Shown here one piece after another: positions 8,589-16,958 of a stretch of DNA of 64,000 nt. The stretch is from Nanobdellati archaeon (lineage in GTDB: Archaea > Nanobdellota > Nanobdellia > Woesearchaeales > GCA-2686295): contig JACNFY010000020.1 of assembly GCA_014384375.1 (NCBI GenBank), forward strand, positions 65,222 through 129,221, in the 5' to 3' direction. The notes under the pieces were generated by a model, which ran no database searches, had not been told where the DNA came from, and worked only from the letters and a program-made list of their open reading frames with translations. The position numbers were made by a program, and so were the translations under genes. The first letter of the stretch is position 1; the number at the start of each line of letters is the position of its first letter.

Positions 8589-9179
8589 ATGGCCACTTTC
8601 CTAGATGTTGGCATACTGGAAAAATTTTCAATCATTTTTGTATTCCTATTAGTATTCACAATAATCTATGCAGTGCTTGAGTACAGTAATCCTTTTGGAG
8701 GTGGAAAAAAGGGTTTGCATGCCATAATAGCTCTTGCAGTGGCTTTCTTAATAATAATTTCAAAACCAGCTGTTATAATGATTAACTTTATGACACCTTG
8801 GTTTCTGGTTTTCTTTTTGTTCATATTCTTTATACTGTTTTCTGTGAGAATGTTCGGCACATCAGAAGCTGATACAATAGCAATCATAAAAGATGCAAGG
8901 GTTTACCCTTATTTAGTTGTCTTTGCCATTGTAATCATAATAGCTGGCTTTTCCTACACTTTTGGCCAAACGCTATTAGAGGAAGGAACAGGTCTTGAAG
9001 GAGTAAACGCTGAAAAAGGAGAAATACTACTGCCCGGAGATATAGAGGGTGGTTCTACAAAAACAACTAGTTTTAGTCAGAACGTTCTTAATACAGTAAT
9101 CCATCCTAAGGTTTTAGGGTTTATAGCGATAATGCTTGTAGGTCTATTCACGCTTATATTCCTAACAAAACTTACATAA
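8589..9179 (+). CDS. polytopic membrane protein, paralog 3 of 3 (more diverged)
   Basis: 196 aa. N-terminal block FSIIFVFLLVFTIIYAVLEYSNPFGGG, similar TM layout, 7-nt spacer from paralog 2. Confidence 0.55.
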   Translation: MATFLDVGILEKFSIIFVFLLVFTIIYAVLEYSNPFGGGKKGLHAIIALAVAFLIIISKPAVIMINFMTPWFLVFFLFIFFILFSVRMFGTSEADTIAIIKDARVYPYLVVFAIVIIIAGFSYTFGQTLLEEGTGLEGVNAEKGEILLPGDIEGGSTKTTSFSQNVLNTVIHPKVLGFIAIMLVGLFTLIFLTKLT

Positions 9180-9839
9180 TCATTTACTTTTTTTCTTTAT
9201 AGAATCAGCAACATCAGCTAGTTGATTAACTTTCTCTGTGAAAACAGGTAGAACTTTTGAGAACACCTTCTCCATGGCTTTCACTTCTGCACCTACGTTT
9301 AAGATGTTTTTATCATACTCACCTATCTTCCCAATCACTGCCTGGTGTAGCTTATCAAACTCATCCTTCAAGTTTGAGAAGTCCTGTTCTAGAGAACTTA
9401 TCTTTGACTCTGTAGCATTCTTCCACTCAACTATCTTACTAACATCCTTTACTATATCATCCCACTTCTCCTCTATTATTGACTCAACTAATTCCTCAAC
9501 TTCAGGGGATTTTTCTTGAAAAGAAGGAATATTTGCAAGTCCCTCCGGTGGTTGTTTGAAACTTGTTCGTGAATAATCTGGCTGTGAAAAAGCAGGGGTT
9601 GCGGATTGTTCCTGTGGTTCCTGTGCTCTTTCCTGTTTAATCTCTTCTGGCTTTGCATTGTTCACTGCAGGAGTCATATCTGCCTGGTTCATTGCCTCAA
9701 ATATCTGTGAAGAAGAATAACCATCCCTTTGAAGGGTTTGTATAATCCGATTATTATCAATCCCCTGACCCCTCATAGTTGATACCTGACTAACCGGTAT
9801 CTCATCTTTAGGTGGTTTCTTTTTACTAAATAGACCCAT
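9180..9839 (-). CDS. coiled-coil protein, unknown function
   Basis: 219 aa. Small N-terminal helical domain (VSQVSTMRGQGIDNNRIIQTLQRDGYSSSQIFEAMNQ), Pro/Gln-rich linker and C-terminal heptad-rich half. AGAGG lies 5 nt upstream of the ATG. Confidence 0.5.
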   Translation of the reverse strand: MGLFSKKKPPKDEIPVSQVSTMRGQGIDNNRIIQTLQRDGYSSSQIFEAMNQADMTPAVNNAKPEEIKQERAQEPQEQSATPAFSQPDYSRTSFKQPPEGLANIPSFQEKSPEVEELVESIIEEKWDDIVKDVSKIVEWKNATESKISSLEQDFSNLKDEFDKLHQAVIGKIGEYDKNILNVGAEVKAMEKVFSKVLPVFTEKVNQLADVADSIKKKSK

Positions 9840-9888
9840 TTTCGCCTCTTTTTAACATTCTTAAGATGTTAATGGTTAATAAATCTTT

Positions 9889-10296
9889 TTATTTCTCCTC
9901 TAAGTACTTATTAAATTCTTCCCTTGTAACAAAATTCATTGGTTGCCACATATCAACGTATTTCTCAACCACCTTCAACTCTGATTGCTTAACTGATTTT
10001 TTTAGTTCAGCAGACATCTCGATTAGATTCTCATTTATATCACTAACAGTTCTTTTTATATCCAATAATTCCTGATTCAAAGCTCTAAGCTCTTCTCTTA
10101 CATCCCTTTCAAAATCTAGCAGATTTTGGTCAGTCATCTGTGTTTTTTTCCTGACATTAACATATCTTTCTTCAAGCACTCTTAATCTAGAACCAAGACT
10201 CGTAACATTTCTTGAAAGATTCTCAAATGGTGAAGCCTCTTTTTTTTCTTCTACTGGCTTCTGCTGTGATTGTGTTAAAAAATCTTGTTCAGCCAT
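9889..10296 (-). CDS. coiled-coil protein, unknown function
   Basis: Track ORF starts at TTG 10305; the in-frame ATG at 10296 (MAEQDF...) is more likely. Heptad-rich (RLRVLEERYVNVRKKTQMTDQNLLDFERDVREELRALNQEL). Divergent from the ATPase gene. Confidence 0.5.
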   Translation of the reverse strand: MAEQDFLTQSQQKPVEEKKEASPFENLSRNVTSLGSRLRVLEERYVNVRKKTQMTDQNLLDFERDVREELRALNQELLDIKRTVSDINENLIEMSAELKKSVKQSELKVVEKYVDMWQPMNFVTREEFNKYLEEK

Positions 10297-10368
10297 ATTA
10301 TTCAAAAGTTTTATAAAGTTATTTTGTATAGAGAATATTGATAGATGGTAATATAAAGTTTTCGGCTT

Positions 10369-10375
10369 GAGGTGA
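10369..10375 (+). promoter_or_regulatory. Shine-Dalgarno GAGGTGA for the TTG-initiated ATPase gene
   Basis: GAGGTGA lies 4 nt upstream of TTG 10380. A TATA-like GTTTTATAAAG at 10308..10318 would give a leader of about 40 nt. Confidence 0.5.
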
Positions 10376-10379
10376 GTTT

Positions 10380-12665
10380 TTGGCAGAGAAAAACGTGTTC
10401 TCTTATGAGACTTTGAGACAAGGGGAAGACAATGTTTTGAAAGTTGACTGTGAAAAAGTAACTAGAGCTCCGTCCATAGAAGATGACGAACTTTACATGG
10501 ACAAAACAGCAGAATTTCTAATAGCGAATCCTGGCACAACCAAGATTGTCTTCACACAGAAAAGGGATTATGAATATGATTATGCTCAAACATCTATGCT
10601 AAGCGAGCTAGCTCATCTCTATAACGAGCTTGTGAAGAACAAAGAACTCTTTAGTTATGAATCTTTCAGGGGTTATGATGAAGGAGGAACCCAAGAATCC
10701 AAGTTTAACGAGATTAGGAACAGCATTTTCAACATGTTAAAAAAAGACCCTATGGGTTGCTACGTAACTCTGAAAAGAATTCACCGAAAAGAAAACATTC
10801 TTCTTGACAAAAGCGTTGATAAGAAAAGCATAGCAGCTCATAAGAAATACATCCAACTTCTAGAATACCTAATTCAGATTCTAGAGAATACAAAGCTGAT
10901 AACTGTTTTAAAACCATTCGCTGCAGGGCACAGAGTTGGATCAAGAGAGATTTACAGAAAAGTTTTCAGTCCAACGATAAAACCAGATTTCATGTTCACT
11001 AAATTAATGGCTACTTATCCAAAAGATGCTGTTGAGCTTGACAGTTATAACGTTGGAGACACAGAAGTTGTTATCTTTGAACTTCCAGACACTATACAGT
11101 ACCTTTATCATATAACTCCTCCAGAATTCAAATTGGAGGAGGAAAAATATGAGATTCTTGACTTAGCAAGAAATATCATGGCCGAGCACAAACCAGAGAA
11201 ACAAGACTTTGTAGACCCTGAAAGAATGAGGGAAGTATTCTACAATGTTGGACATGACTTGATTGAAGAACTTGCAAACTACAGAAATATAAAGGTTAGT
11301 CAGAAAGAACTTGATGAACTAACACAGATACTAATCAGATACACTGTTGGCTTTGGCTTGATAGAAGTATTGCTCAGAGATACAAAAATCCAAGATGTAA
11401 CAGTTAATAGTCCAATGGGGCAGATACCAATGTTCCTAGTTCATCAAGACTTTGGTGACTGCAAAACAAACATACTGCCAACAATTAATGACGGCGAATC
11501 ATGGGCATCAAAACTAAGACTCATATCAGGAAGACCCTTGGATGAGGCAAACCCAGTCCTTGACACAGAAATAGAGATTCCAAGAATAGCAAACTCAAGA
11601 GTAGGAGTGATTGCACCACCACTTAATCCTTCTGGTATAGCTTATGCATTCAGAAGACACAGGGACAAGCCATGGACACTTCCGTTGTTTATCAAACATA
11701 GAATGATAAACCCTATAGCTGCAGGTGTGCTTAGCTTTATAATTGATGGCAGCAGAACAATGCTTATAGCAGGAACTAGGAGTGCTGGAAAGACATCCCT
11801 TCTAGGAGCTTTGATGGTTGAGATAATGCGAAAATACAGGATAATAACTATTGAAGACACATTAGAGCTACCAACCAACTCTCTGAGAAAGATAGGCTAT
11901 AACATTCAGTCTATGAAAGTTGCTTCTGCGCTATCAAAAGGGAGCTCTGAAGTACCTGCAGATGAAGGTATAAGGACAACCCTTAGACTTGGAGATTCTT
12001 GTTTGATAGTAGGAGAAGTCAGAAGCACAGAGGCAAAAGCTCTCTACGAAGCCATGAGAATAGGTGCGCTTGCAAACGTTGTTGCTGGAACCATCCATGG
12101 TGACAGCCCCTACGGTGTTTTTGACAGAGTTGTTAATGACCTTAATGTTCCAAGAACGAGTTTCAAAGCTACTGATATAATAGTCGTAGCTAATCCGATT
12201 AAAAGCGCTGATGGACTACACAGTTGGAGAAGAGTAACACAAATCTCAGAAGTCAGAAAGCACTGGGAGGATGATCCTCTAAAGGAAGGTGGATTCATAG
12301 ACTTGCTGAAATACAATTCTAAGACTGATGAGTTGGAAGTAAGTGACGACCTTATCAACGGGGAATCTGAGATACTGAAAGCCATAGCAGGTAATGTAAA
12401 GGACTGGGCTGGCAATTGGGATGCTGTGTGGGATAACATAATCCTAAGAGCCAATATAAAGGAAGAAATAGTAAAAATAGCTGAGAAAGAAAAGAATGAT
12501 GAACTACTTGAAGCACCTTTTGTTATAAGGTGTAATGACGAGTTCCACAGAATAAGTGACAGAGTAAAAGGAAAAACCGGAAAACTTGATTCTAAAAGAA
12601 TTCTATTTGAGTGGAAAGAATGGCTAAAAAAAGAGGTCCGCAAAAACAAAAATAAGAACCTTTGA
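10380..12665 (+). CDS. type II/IV secretion-family ATPase (FlaI/ArlI/PilB-like), long form
   Basis: 761 aa. Walker A AGTRSAGKTS, Walker B region CLIVGEVRSTEAKALYEAMRIG, and the FlaI-like block GFGLIEVLLRDTKIQDVTVN. Extensions of about 230 aa (N-terminal) and about 100 aa (C-terminal) are not recognised. Confidence 0.85.
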   Translation: MAEKNVFSYETLRQGEDNVLKVDCEKVTRAPSIEDDELYMDKTAEFLIANPGTTKIVFTQKRDYEYDYAQTSMLSELAHLYNELVKNKELFSYESFRGYDEGGTQESKFNEIRNSIFNMLKKDPMGCYVTLKRIHRKENILLDKSVDKKSIAAHKKYIQLLEYLIQILENTKLITVLKPFAAGHRVGSREIYRKVFSPTIKPDFMFTKLMATYPKDAVELDSYNVGDTEVVIFELPDTIQYLYHITPPEFKLEEEKYEILDLARNIMAEHKPEKQDFVDPERMREVFYNVGHDLIEELANYRNIKVSQKELDELTQILIRYTVGFGLIEVLLRDTKIQDVTVNSPMGQIPMFLVHQDFGDCKTNILPTINDGESWASKLRLISGRPLDEANPVLDTEIEIPRIANSRVGVIAPPLNPSGIAYAFRRHRDKPWTLPLFIKHRMINPIAAGVLSFIIDGSRTMLIAGTRSAGKTSLLGALMVEIMRKYRIITIEDTLELPTNSLRKIGYNIQSMKVASALSKGSSEVPADEGIRTTLRLGDSCLIVGEVRSTEAKALYEAMRIGALANVVAGTIHGDSPYGVFDRVVNDLNVPRTSFKATDIIVVANPIKSADGLHSWRRVTQISEVRKHWEDDPLKEGGFIDLLKYNSKTDELEVSDDLINGESEILKAIAGNVKDWAGNWDAVWDNIILRANIKEEIVKIAEKEKNDELLEAPFVIRCNDEFHRISDRVKGKTGKLDSKRILFEWKEWLKKEVRKNKNKNL

Positions 12666-12702
12666 ATGCATATAACATATATACAACACAACATGAAATG
12701 CT

Positions 12703-12721
12703 CAAAAAGCTTAGCTTTTTG
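12703..12721 (+). other. intercistronic hairpin (8-bp stem CAAAAAGC/GCTTTTTG, 3-nt loop) ending in T5
   Basis: Read directly from the sequence. Lies between the ATPase stop (12665) and the first ATG of the platform gene (12724). Confidence 0.5.
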
Positions 12722-12723
12722 GC

Positions 12724-14961
12724 ATGTTACAAACTAGAGGTTTGAAACAAATGGATGACAAGGAAGTTGATGAGTTCAAAAAGAAATACACTAGCAAGCT
12801 TGAGTCAGAACTTCACGGTAAAAAGGATGAGTTGCGACCAATAACCTCTAAGGATTATGAGAGTTTCAAGAGTGAATATATCCCAAAACACTTATCATTC
12901 TATGAAAAAGCTTGTAATTTCTCAGAATCCATCTTCAAGATAAAGCCTGACAAGAAAAGGATACCTGAGTACCAAGAAGCAATAGACATATGTCATCTTA
13001 ACATAACGCCTACAGGAGCCGCAAGTTTTCCTATAGCAGTATTCATGTTTTTCCTTTTACTCGGCTTGATGATTGGCTTCATTATTCCATACTTATTTGG
13101 AGGAGACCCAAGCTATTTCCTGATAATAACATCTATACTGGCAGGTATTGGATTAATGATGCCACTCGGTAACTTACCATTCTTCTTTGCCAATAACTGG
13201 CGTATGAAAGCAAGCAATCAGATGGTTCTATGTATATTTTATATAGTCACATATATGAGACATACATCAAACTTTGAGTTGGGTGTTGACTTCGCGGCAG
13301 AACACCTGTCACCACCACTGTCTATTGATCTTAAAAAGATAATATGGAACATAGAGACTGAGAAGTTTCCTTCGATAAAAGAATCAGTTGATAACTACTT
13401 ACAGACATGGAGAAAGTGGAATCTAGAGTTCATCGAGAGCATGCACTTAATAGAGTCATCTCTTTATGAAACCTCTGAAAGCAGAAGGGTTGATGCATTA
13501 GACAAATCTTTGACTGTGATGCTTGAAGAGACTTATGAAAAGATGCTTCACTACGCCCAGAACCTGAAGTCGCCACTAACAACGCTGCACATGATGGGAA
13601 TAATACTACCAATTCTTGGATTGGTCATACTGCCATTGGTGGTTAGTTTCATGCCAGAGGTTAAATGGTACCATTTGTTCACACTCTACAATATTATATT
13701 GCCAGCTGTGGTATTCTATCTTGGAAAGATAATTCTTTCAAGGAGGCCCACTGGCTATGGAGAATCTGATATCTCAGAAACGAGCAAAGAGATAAAGAAG
13801 TATAAAAACATAAGAATGAACCTTGGAGGGTTTGAGATAAGGATAAACCCCTTATTTATAGCAGTAATAGTGACTATTGTACTTTTATTTATAGGATTTT
13901 CACCGTTAATCTTACATTGGCTTCTTCCAGATTTTGACTGCAGCATCGGTGAGACTACAACATGTATGAACACATTAAATCATCCAAATGCAAGATTTTA
14001 CCTTCTTGGTTACAGAGATGAAATAATTGAAGGCTCACCAACAGGTAATATTGTAGGGCCATACGGCTTGGGAGCAACTCTTCTAAGCTTAGGCATTCCA
14101 CTCGGAGTTGGTTTAGGGGTTGGATTATATTTCAAGCTTCGCTCTAAAAACGTTATAAAGATAAGAGAGAACGCCAAAAAACTAGAGAAAGAGTTCGCAT
14201 CTGCACTCTTCCAGTTGGGAAACAGACTTGGAGATGGTTATCCTGCAGAGATAGCTTTTAACAAAGTCTCGGATGTGATGGAAGGAACAGTGTCTGGTAA
14301 GTTCTTCGACCATGTAAGCATGAACATAAGAAAGCTAGGCTTAAGCGTAGAGCAGGCAATTTTTGACCCTGAAAGAGGTGCTATAAACTATTTCCCCTCA
14401 CCAATAATTGAGAGTTCCATGAAAGTATTAGTGGAAAGCAGTAAGAAAGGACCTATGGTAGCTAGCAATGCATTGATCAATGTTTCAAATTATATAAAAG
14501 AGATGCACAGAGTTGATGAAAGACTGAAGGACTTAATGGCAGATGTTATAAGCAGCATGAAGTCACAGATATCATTCTTAACACCAGCTATCTCAGGGAT
14601 AGTTATAGGAATAACAAGCATGATAACAGCTATTTTAGGAACACTTGGTGAAAAGCTTGGCACGTTAGCTTCACAGACTGGAGGAGCTGCAGGTGCAGGA
14701 GTATTGAACATGTTCGGGTCAGGAGTGCCAACCTTCTACTTTCAGATAGTAGTTGGTCTCTACGTTATTCAGATAGTTTTCTTATTAACCATTCTGATAA
14801 ATGGAATCGAAAACGGAGCAGATAAGTTGAATGAAAGATTCCTAATAGGCAGAAACCTCATGAAGACCGCTATAACATACTCTATTATTGCATTCATCAT
14901 AATGCTACTATTCAACATAATCGCTGGTAGCATCATGGGATCGGTGGCAACTAGTTTTTAG
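12724..14961 (+). CDS. FlaJ/TadC/PilC-like polytopic platform membrane protein, long form
   Basis: 745 aa with many TM helices and cytoplasmic helical domains (e.g. AKKLEKEFASALFQLGNRLGDGYPAEIAFNKV) resembling T2SS-F repeats. Sits directly downstream of the ATPase. Alternative start ATG 12751 is preceded by TAGAGGT. Confidence 0.6.
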   Translation: MLQTRGLKQMDDKEVDEFKKKYTSKLESELHGKKDELRPITSKDYESFKSEYIPKHLSFYEKACNFSESIFKIKPDKKRIPEYQEAIDICHLNITPTGAASFPIAVFMFFLLLGLMIGFIIPYLFGGDPSYFLIITSILAGIGLMMPLGNLPFFFANNWRMKASNQMVLCIFYIVTYMRHTSNFELGVDFAAEHLSPPLSIDLKKIIWNIETEKFPSIKESVDNYLQTWRKWNLEFIESMHLIESSLYETSESRRVDALDKSLTVMLEETYEKMLHYAQNLKSPLTTLHMMGIILPILGLVILPLVVSFMPEVKWYHLFTLYNIILPAVVFYLGKIILSRRPTGYGESDISETSKEIKKYKNIRMNLGGFEIRINPLFIAVIVTIVLLFIGFSPLILHWLLPDFDCSIGETTTCMNTLNHPNARFYLLGYRDEIIEGSPTGNIVGPYGLGATLLSLGIPLGVGLGVGLYFKLRSKNVIKIRENAKKLEKEFASALFQLGNRLGDGYPAEIAFNKVSDVMEGTVSGKFFDHVSMNIRKLGLSVEQAIFDPERGAINYFPSPIIESSMKVLVESSKKGPMVASNALINVSNYIKEMHRVDERLKDLMADVISSMKSQISFLTPAISGIVIGITSMITAILGTLGEKLGTLASQTGGAAGAGVLNMFGSGVPTFYFQIVVGLYVIQIVFLLTILINGIENGADKLNERFLIGRNLMKTAITYSIIAFIIMLLFNIIAGSIMGSVATSF

Positions 14962-14985
14962 TGTAGGAAAACTCTTAGAAATAAG

Positions 14986-15101
14986 TGGGGACGCCGGGAT
15001 TTGAACCCGGGACAACTAGATCTTCAGTCTAGTGCTCTTTCCTGCAGCTTAAGAATCCTAAAATAGATTTCTTCTGCCGTCCCAGTCTGAGCTACGTCCC
15101 C
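14986..15101 (-). tRNA. tRNA-Phe (GAA) with a ~42-nt intron in the D-loop
   Basis: Acceptor GGGGACG/CGTCCCC, D-stem GCTC/GAGC, anticodon arm CTAGA-CTGAAGA-TCTAG, T-arm CCGGG-TTCAAAT-CCCGG. The D-loop AGACTGGGA is interrupted at about 15038..15079. Confidence 0.8.
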
Positions 15102-15102
15102 A

Positions 15103-15387
15103 CTAAAGCTTTTTGATCGTTCCTTTTCTGCCTGTAGTGAGCTGTATCTCTCCTTGCCACTCATTCACATAGCCATTCTCTAACTTTATCTTGTCACCTG
15201 GCTTTACCAAGTCTACCTGATCATTCCAAAGGGTCATAGTAGTTTGGCCTGAGCTGTCTTTCACAGTAGCACTTGCAACTCTTCCAGCCTCTCCAAATTT
15301 TTGGAACTCTCTAACAGGACCTATCTCTACGACCTCTACTGAAATTTCATCAACTTGTTGTCGTGACTGTAGTTCGTTTATTTTCAT
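15103..15387 (-). CDS. single OB-fold nucleic-acid-binding protein (SSB/RPA-like)
   Basis: 94 aa. Pattern VEIGPVREF..GRVASATVKDSSGQTTMTLWNDQVD..GDKIKLENGYVNEWQGEIQL is typical of a short archaeal OB-fold. No TATA upstream, so probably co-transcribed with glyS. Confidence 0.6.
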   Translation of the reverse strand: MKINELQSRQQVDEISVEVVEIGPVREFQKFGEAGRVASATVKDSSGQTTMTLWNDQVDLVKPGDKIKLENGYVNEWQGEIQLTTGRKGTIKKL

Positions 15388-15412
15388 ATTTTTTGAGAAA
15401 AAGGAGCTCTAT

Positions 15413-16918
15413 TTAAAGTTTTTCCTTGAGATCTTTGAATTTTATTTCTCCTATAATCAAAGAGTTAATCATCTCTTTTAGTTTTTTTATTTTCATCCTT
15501 ACCTGCTTCTCTGTGTCTCGCTCCCTTATAGTCACTGCTTTGTCCTTTAGTGTATCAAAATCAACTGTTACAACGTAAGGAATCCCTTCTTCTGCAGCTC
15601 TCAGATATCTTTTGCCTATCGATGCAGTTTCGTCATACTTGCACAATCTATCCTGTCGTAACTCTTCATATATTTTCACAGATAATTTCGTTAGCTTAGG
15701 CTTTCTTAACAACGGAAACACAGCTACTTTGACAGGAGCTATATTAACAGGCAAGTGAAGTATTGTTTTCCCTTCCTTTTCTTTTTTCTTTTCATAGAAC
15801 AAATCTAAAAGTGCAAATGTCGGTCTTGCTGTTCCAAATGCAATCTCCAATACATGTGGAATCTGCTTCTTACTATTCACATCTAACGCTTCTAAGTTTG
15901 TTCCTGAAAACTTTGAATGCTGCTTCAAATCATAGTCAGTTCTATCATGAACCCCACATATTTCTATCCATCCAAAACTGTTCAGATTCACTTCTATATC
16001 CCATGCATCATCAGCATAGAATGCCTTCTCTTCAGGACCATGCTGTTTAATTCGTATTTTGCTCGCAGGTAACCCTATTTTTAGAAAAGTTTGGTATGCT
16101 AGGTATAGGATATAAGCATAAGCTTCGTTTTTCAAGAATTTCTTTTTAATTGCGTCTTTCAATGCTATTTTCTCAACTTCTTTGTTCTTCTCATTATACT
16201 TCCAAGGCAGCAATGGAAGCTTCCTGTTCTTTATCTTGTTATATCTTGGAAAATTGTTTTTCTGGTCTTTAAAGATAAAGAGTTGGGCTTCTGCTTGAGT
16301 GAATTCCCTTGTCCTGATGACATGTTGTCTTGGGCTTATCTCATTCCTATAAGCATTTCCTATCTGGAAGACTCCAAACGGAAGTTTCTTCCTGAAGTAG
16401 TCATAGTATCTTATAAACGGCAGATAAGTGGTGGTTGCTGTTTCTGGCCTGCTATAAGCCTCTGTTCCTACACCTATGTGTGTTTTCATCATAAGATCTT
16501 GAGACTTTATATCAGAGCCCAACACTGTTCCACAATTAGGACATTGAACTTTGTTATTCTTCAAGAAAGCTTTTTTGTCTTTTATCTTCTTATCTGGGAA
16601 TAATTCCTCTAGCAGTTGTTCAACTTTGAATTTTGATTTGCACTTCTTACATTCTACCATTGCATCTGTAAAGCCACCTAAATGACCGGATGCTTCCCAA
16701 ACCCGTTTTGGCATTATGGTTGGACATTCAACCTCGTAGAAATCATTTTCAGTAAATACTTCTCTAATAACATTCTCAACATTGTTTTTCAATAGTTTTC
16801 CAAGAGGCCCATAAGTATAGAAACCAGCTGCTCCACCGTATATTTCCGGCTCAGGACCCCATATGAATCCCTTCTGTTGCACAAAGGAAATCAATTCGTG
16901 TAAAAACTGTTTGCTCAT
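15413..16918 (-). CDS. glyS: glycine--tRNA ligase (archaeal/eukaryal alpha2 type)
   Basis: 501 aa. N-terminal GFIWGPEPEIYGGAAGFYTYGPLG signature, Cys4 ribbon (CKKCK...CPNCG) and a C-terminal anticodon-binding domain. Confidence 0.85.
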   Translation of the reverse strand: MSKQFLHELISFVQQKGFIWGPEPEIYGGAAGFYTYGPLGKLLKNNVENVIREVFTENDFYEVECPTIMPKRVWEASGHLGGFTDAMVECKKCKSKFKVEQLLEELFPDKKIKDKKAFLKNNKVQCPNCGTVLGSDIKSQDLMMKTHIGVGTEAYSRPETATTTYLPFIRYYDYFRKKLPFGVFQIGNAYRNEISPRQHVIRTREFTQAEAQLFIFKDQKNNFPRYNKIKNRKLPLLPWKYNEKNKEVEKIALKDAIKKKFLKNEAYAYILYLAYQTFLKIGLPASKIRIKQHGPEEKAFYADDAWDIEVNLNSFGWIEICGVHDRTDYDLKQHSKFSGTNLEALDVNSKKQIPHVLEIAFGTARPTFALLDLFYEKKKEKEGKTILHLPVNIAPVKVAVFPLLRKPKLTKLSVKIYEELRQDRLCKYDETASIGKRYLRAAEEGIPYVVTVDFDTLKDKAVTIRERDTEKQVRMKIKKLKEMINSLIIGEIKFKDLKEKL

Positions 16919-16958
16919 AGCGAAGAAAAAGGAGGTATTTCTTTAAAAACTTTGCTTT

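Noticed and set aside
9180-9839. Possible ESCRT-III/Snf7 or CdvA relationship, from the N-terminal MGLFSKKK and the coiled coil. Also a possible FlaC/D/E relationship for this ORF and for 9889..10296.
   Set aside because: Only a superficial N-terminal resemblance. The domain order (small helical domain, P/Q linker, C-terminal coiled coil) does not match Snf7. No Vps4/CdvC or archaellin genes are nearby. I cannot support the call without profile searches.
12110-12694. Long antisense ORFs in the track: 12110..12694, 42378..42818, 1855..2295, 28408..28773, 39594..39971, 6867..7268 and 23110..23415.
   Set aside because: Each lies entirely antisense to, or out of frame within, a gene with strong motif support. 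Their translations are low-complexity Ser/Leu/Phe-rich, as expected for shadow ORFs in AT-rich DNA. None has its own TATA or SD.
10380-14961. Calling the ATPase/platform pair an archaellum (arlI/arlJ).
   Set aside because: No archaellin, ArlF/G/H/C/D/E or ArlK genes are adjacent. Both proteins are far longer than typical ArlI/ArlJ, so only the generic type-IV-filament family assignment is kept.
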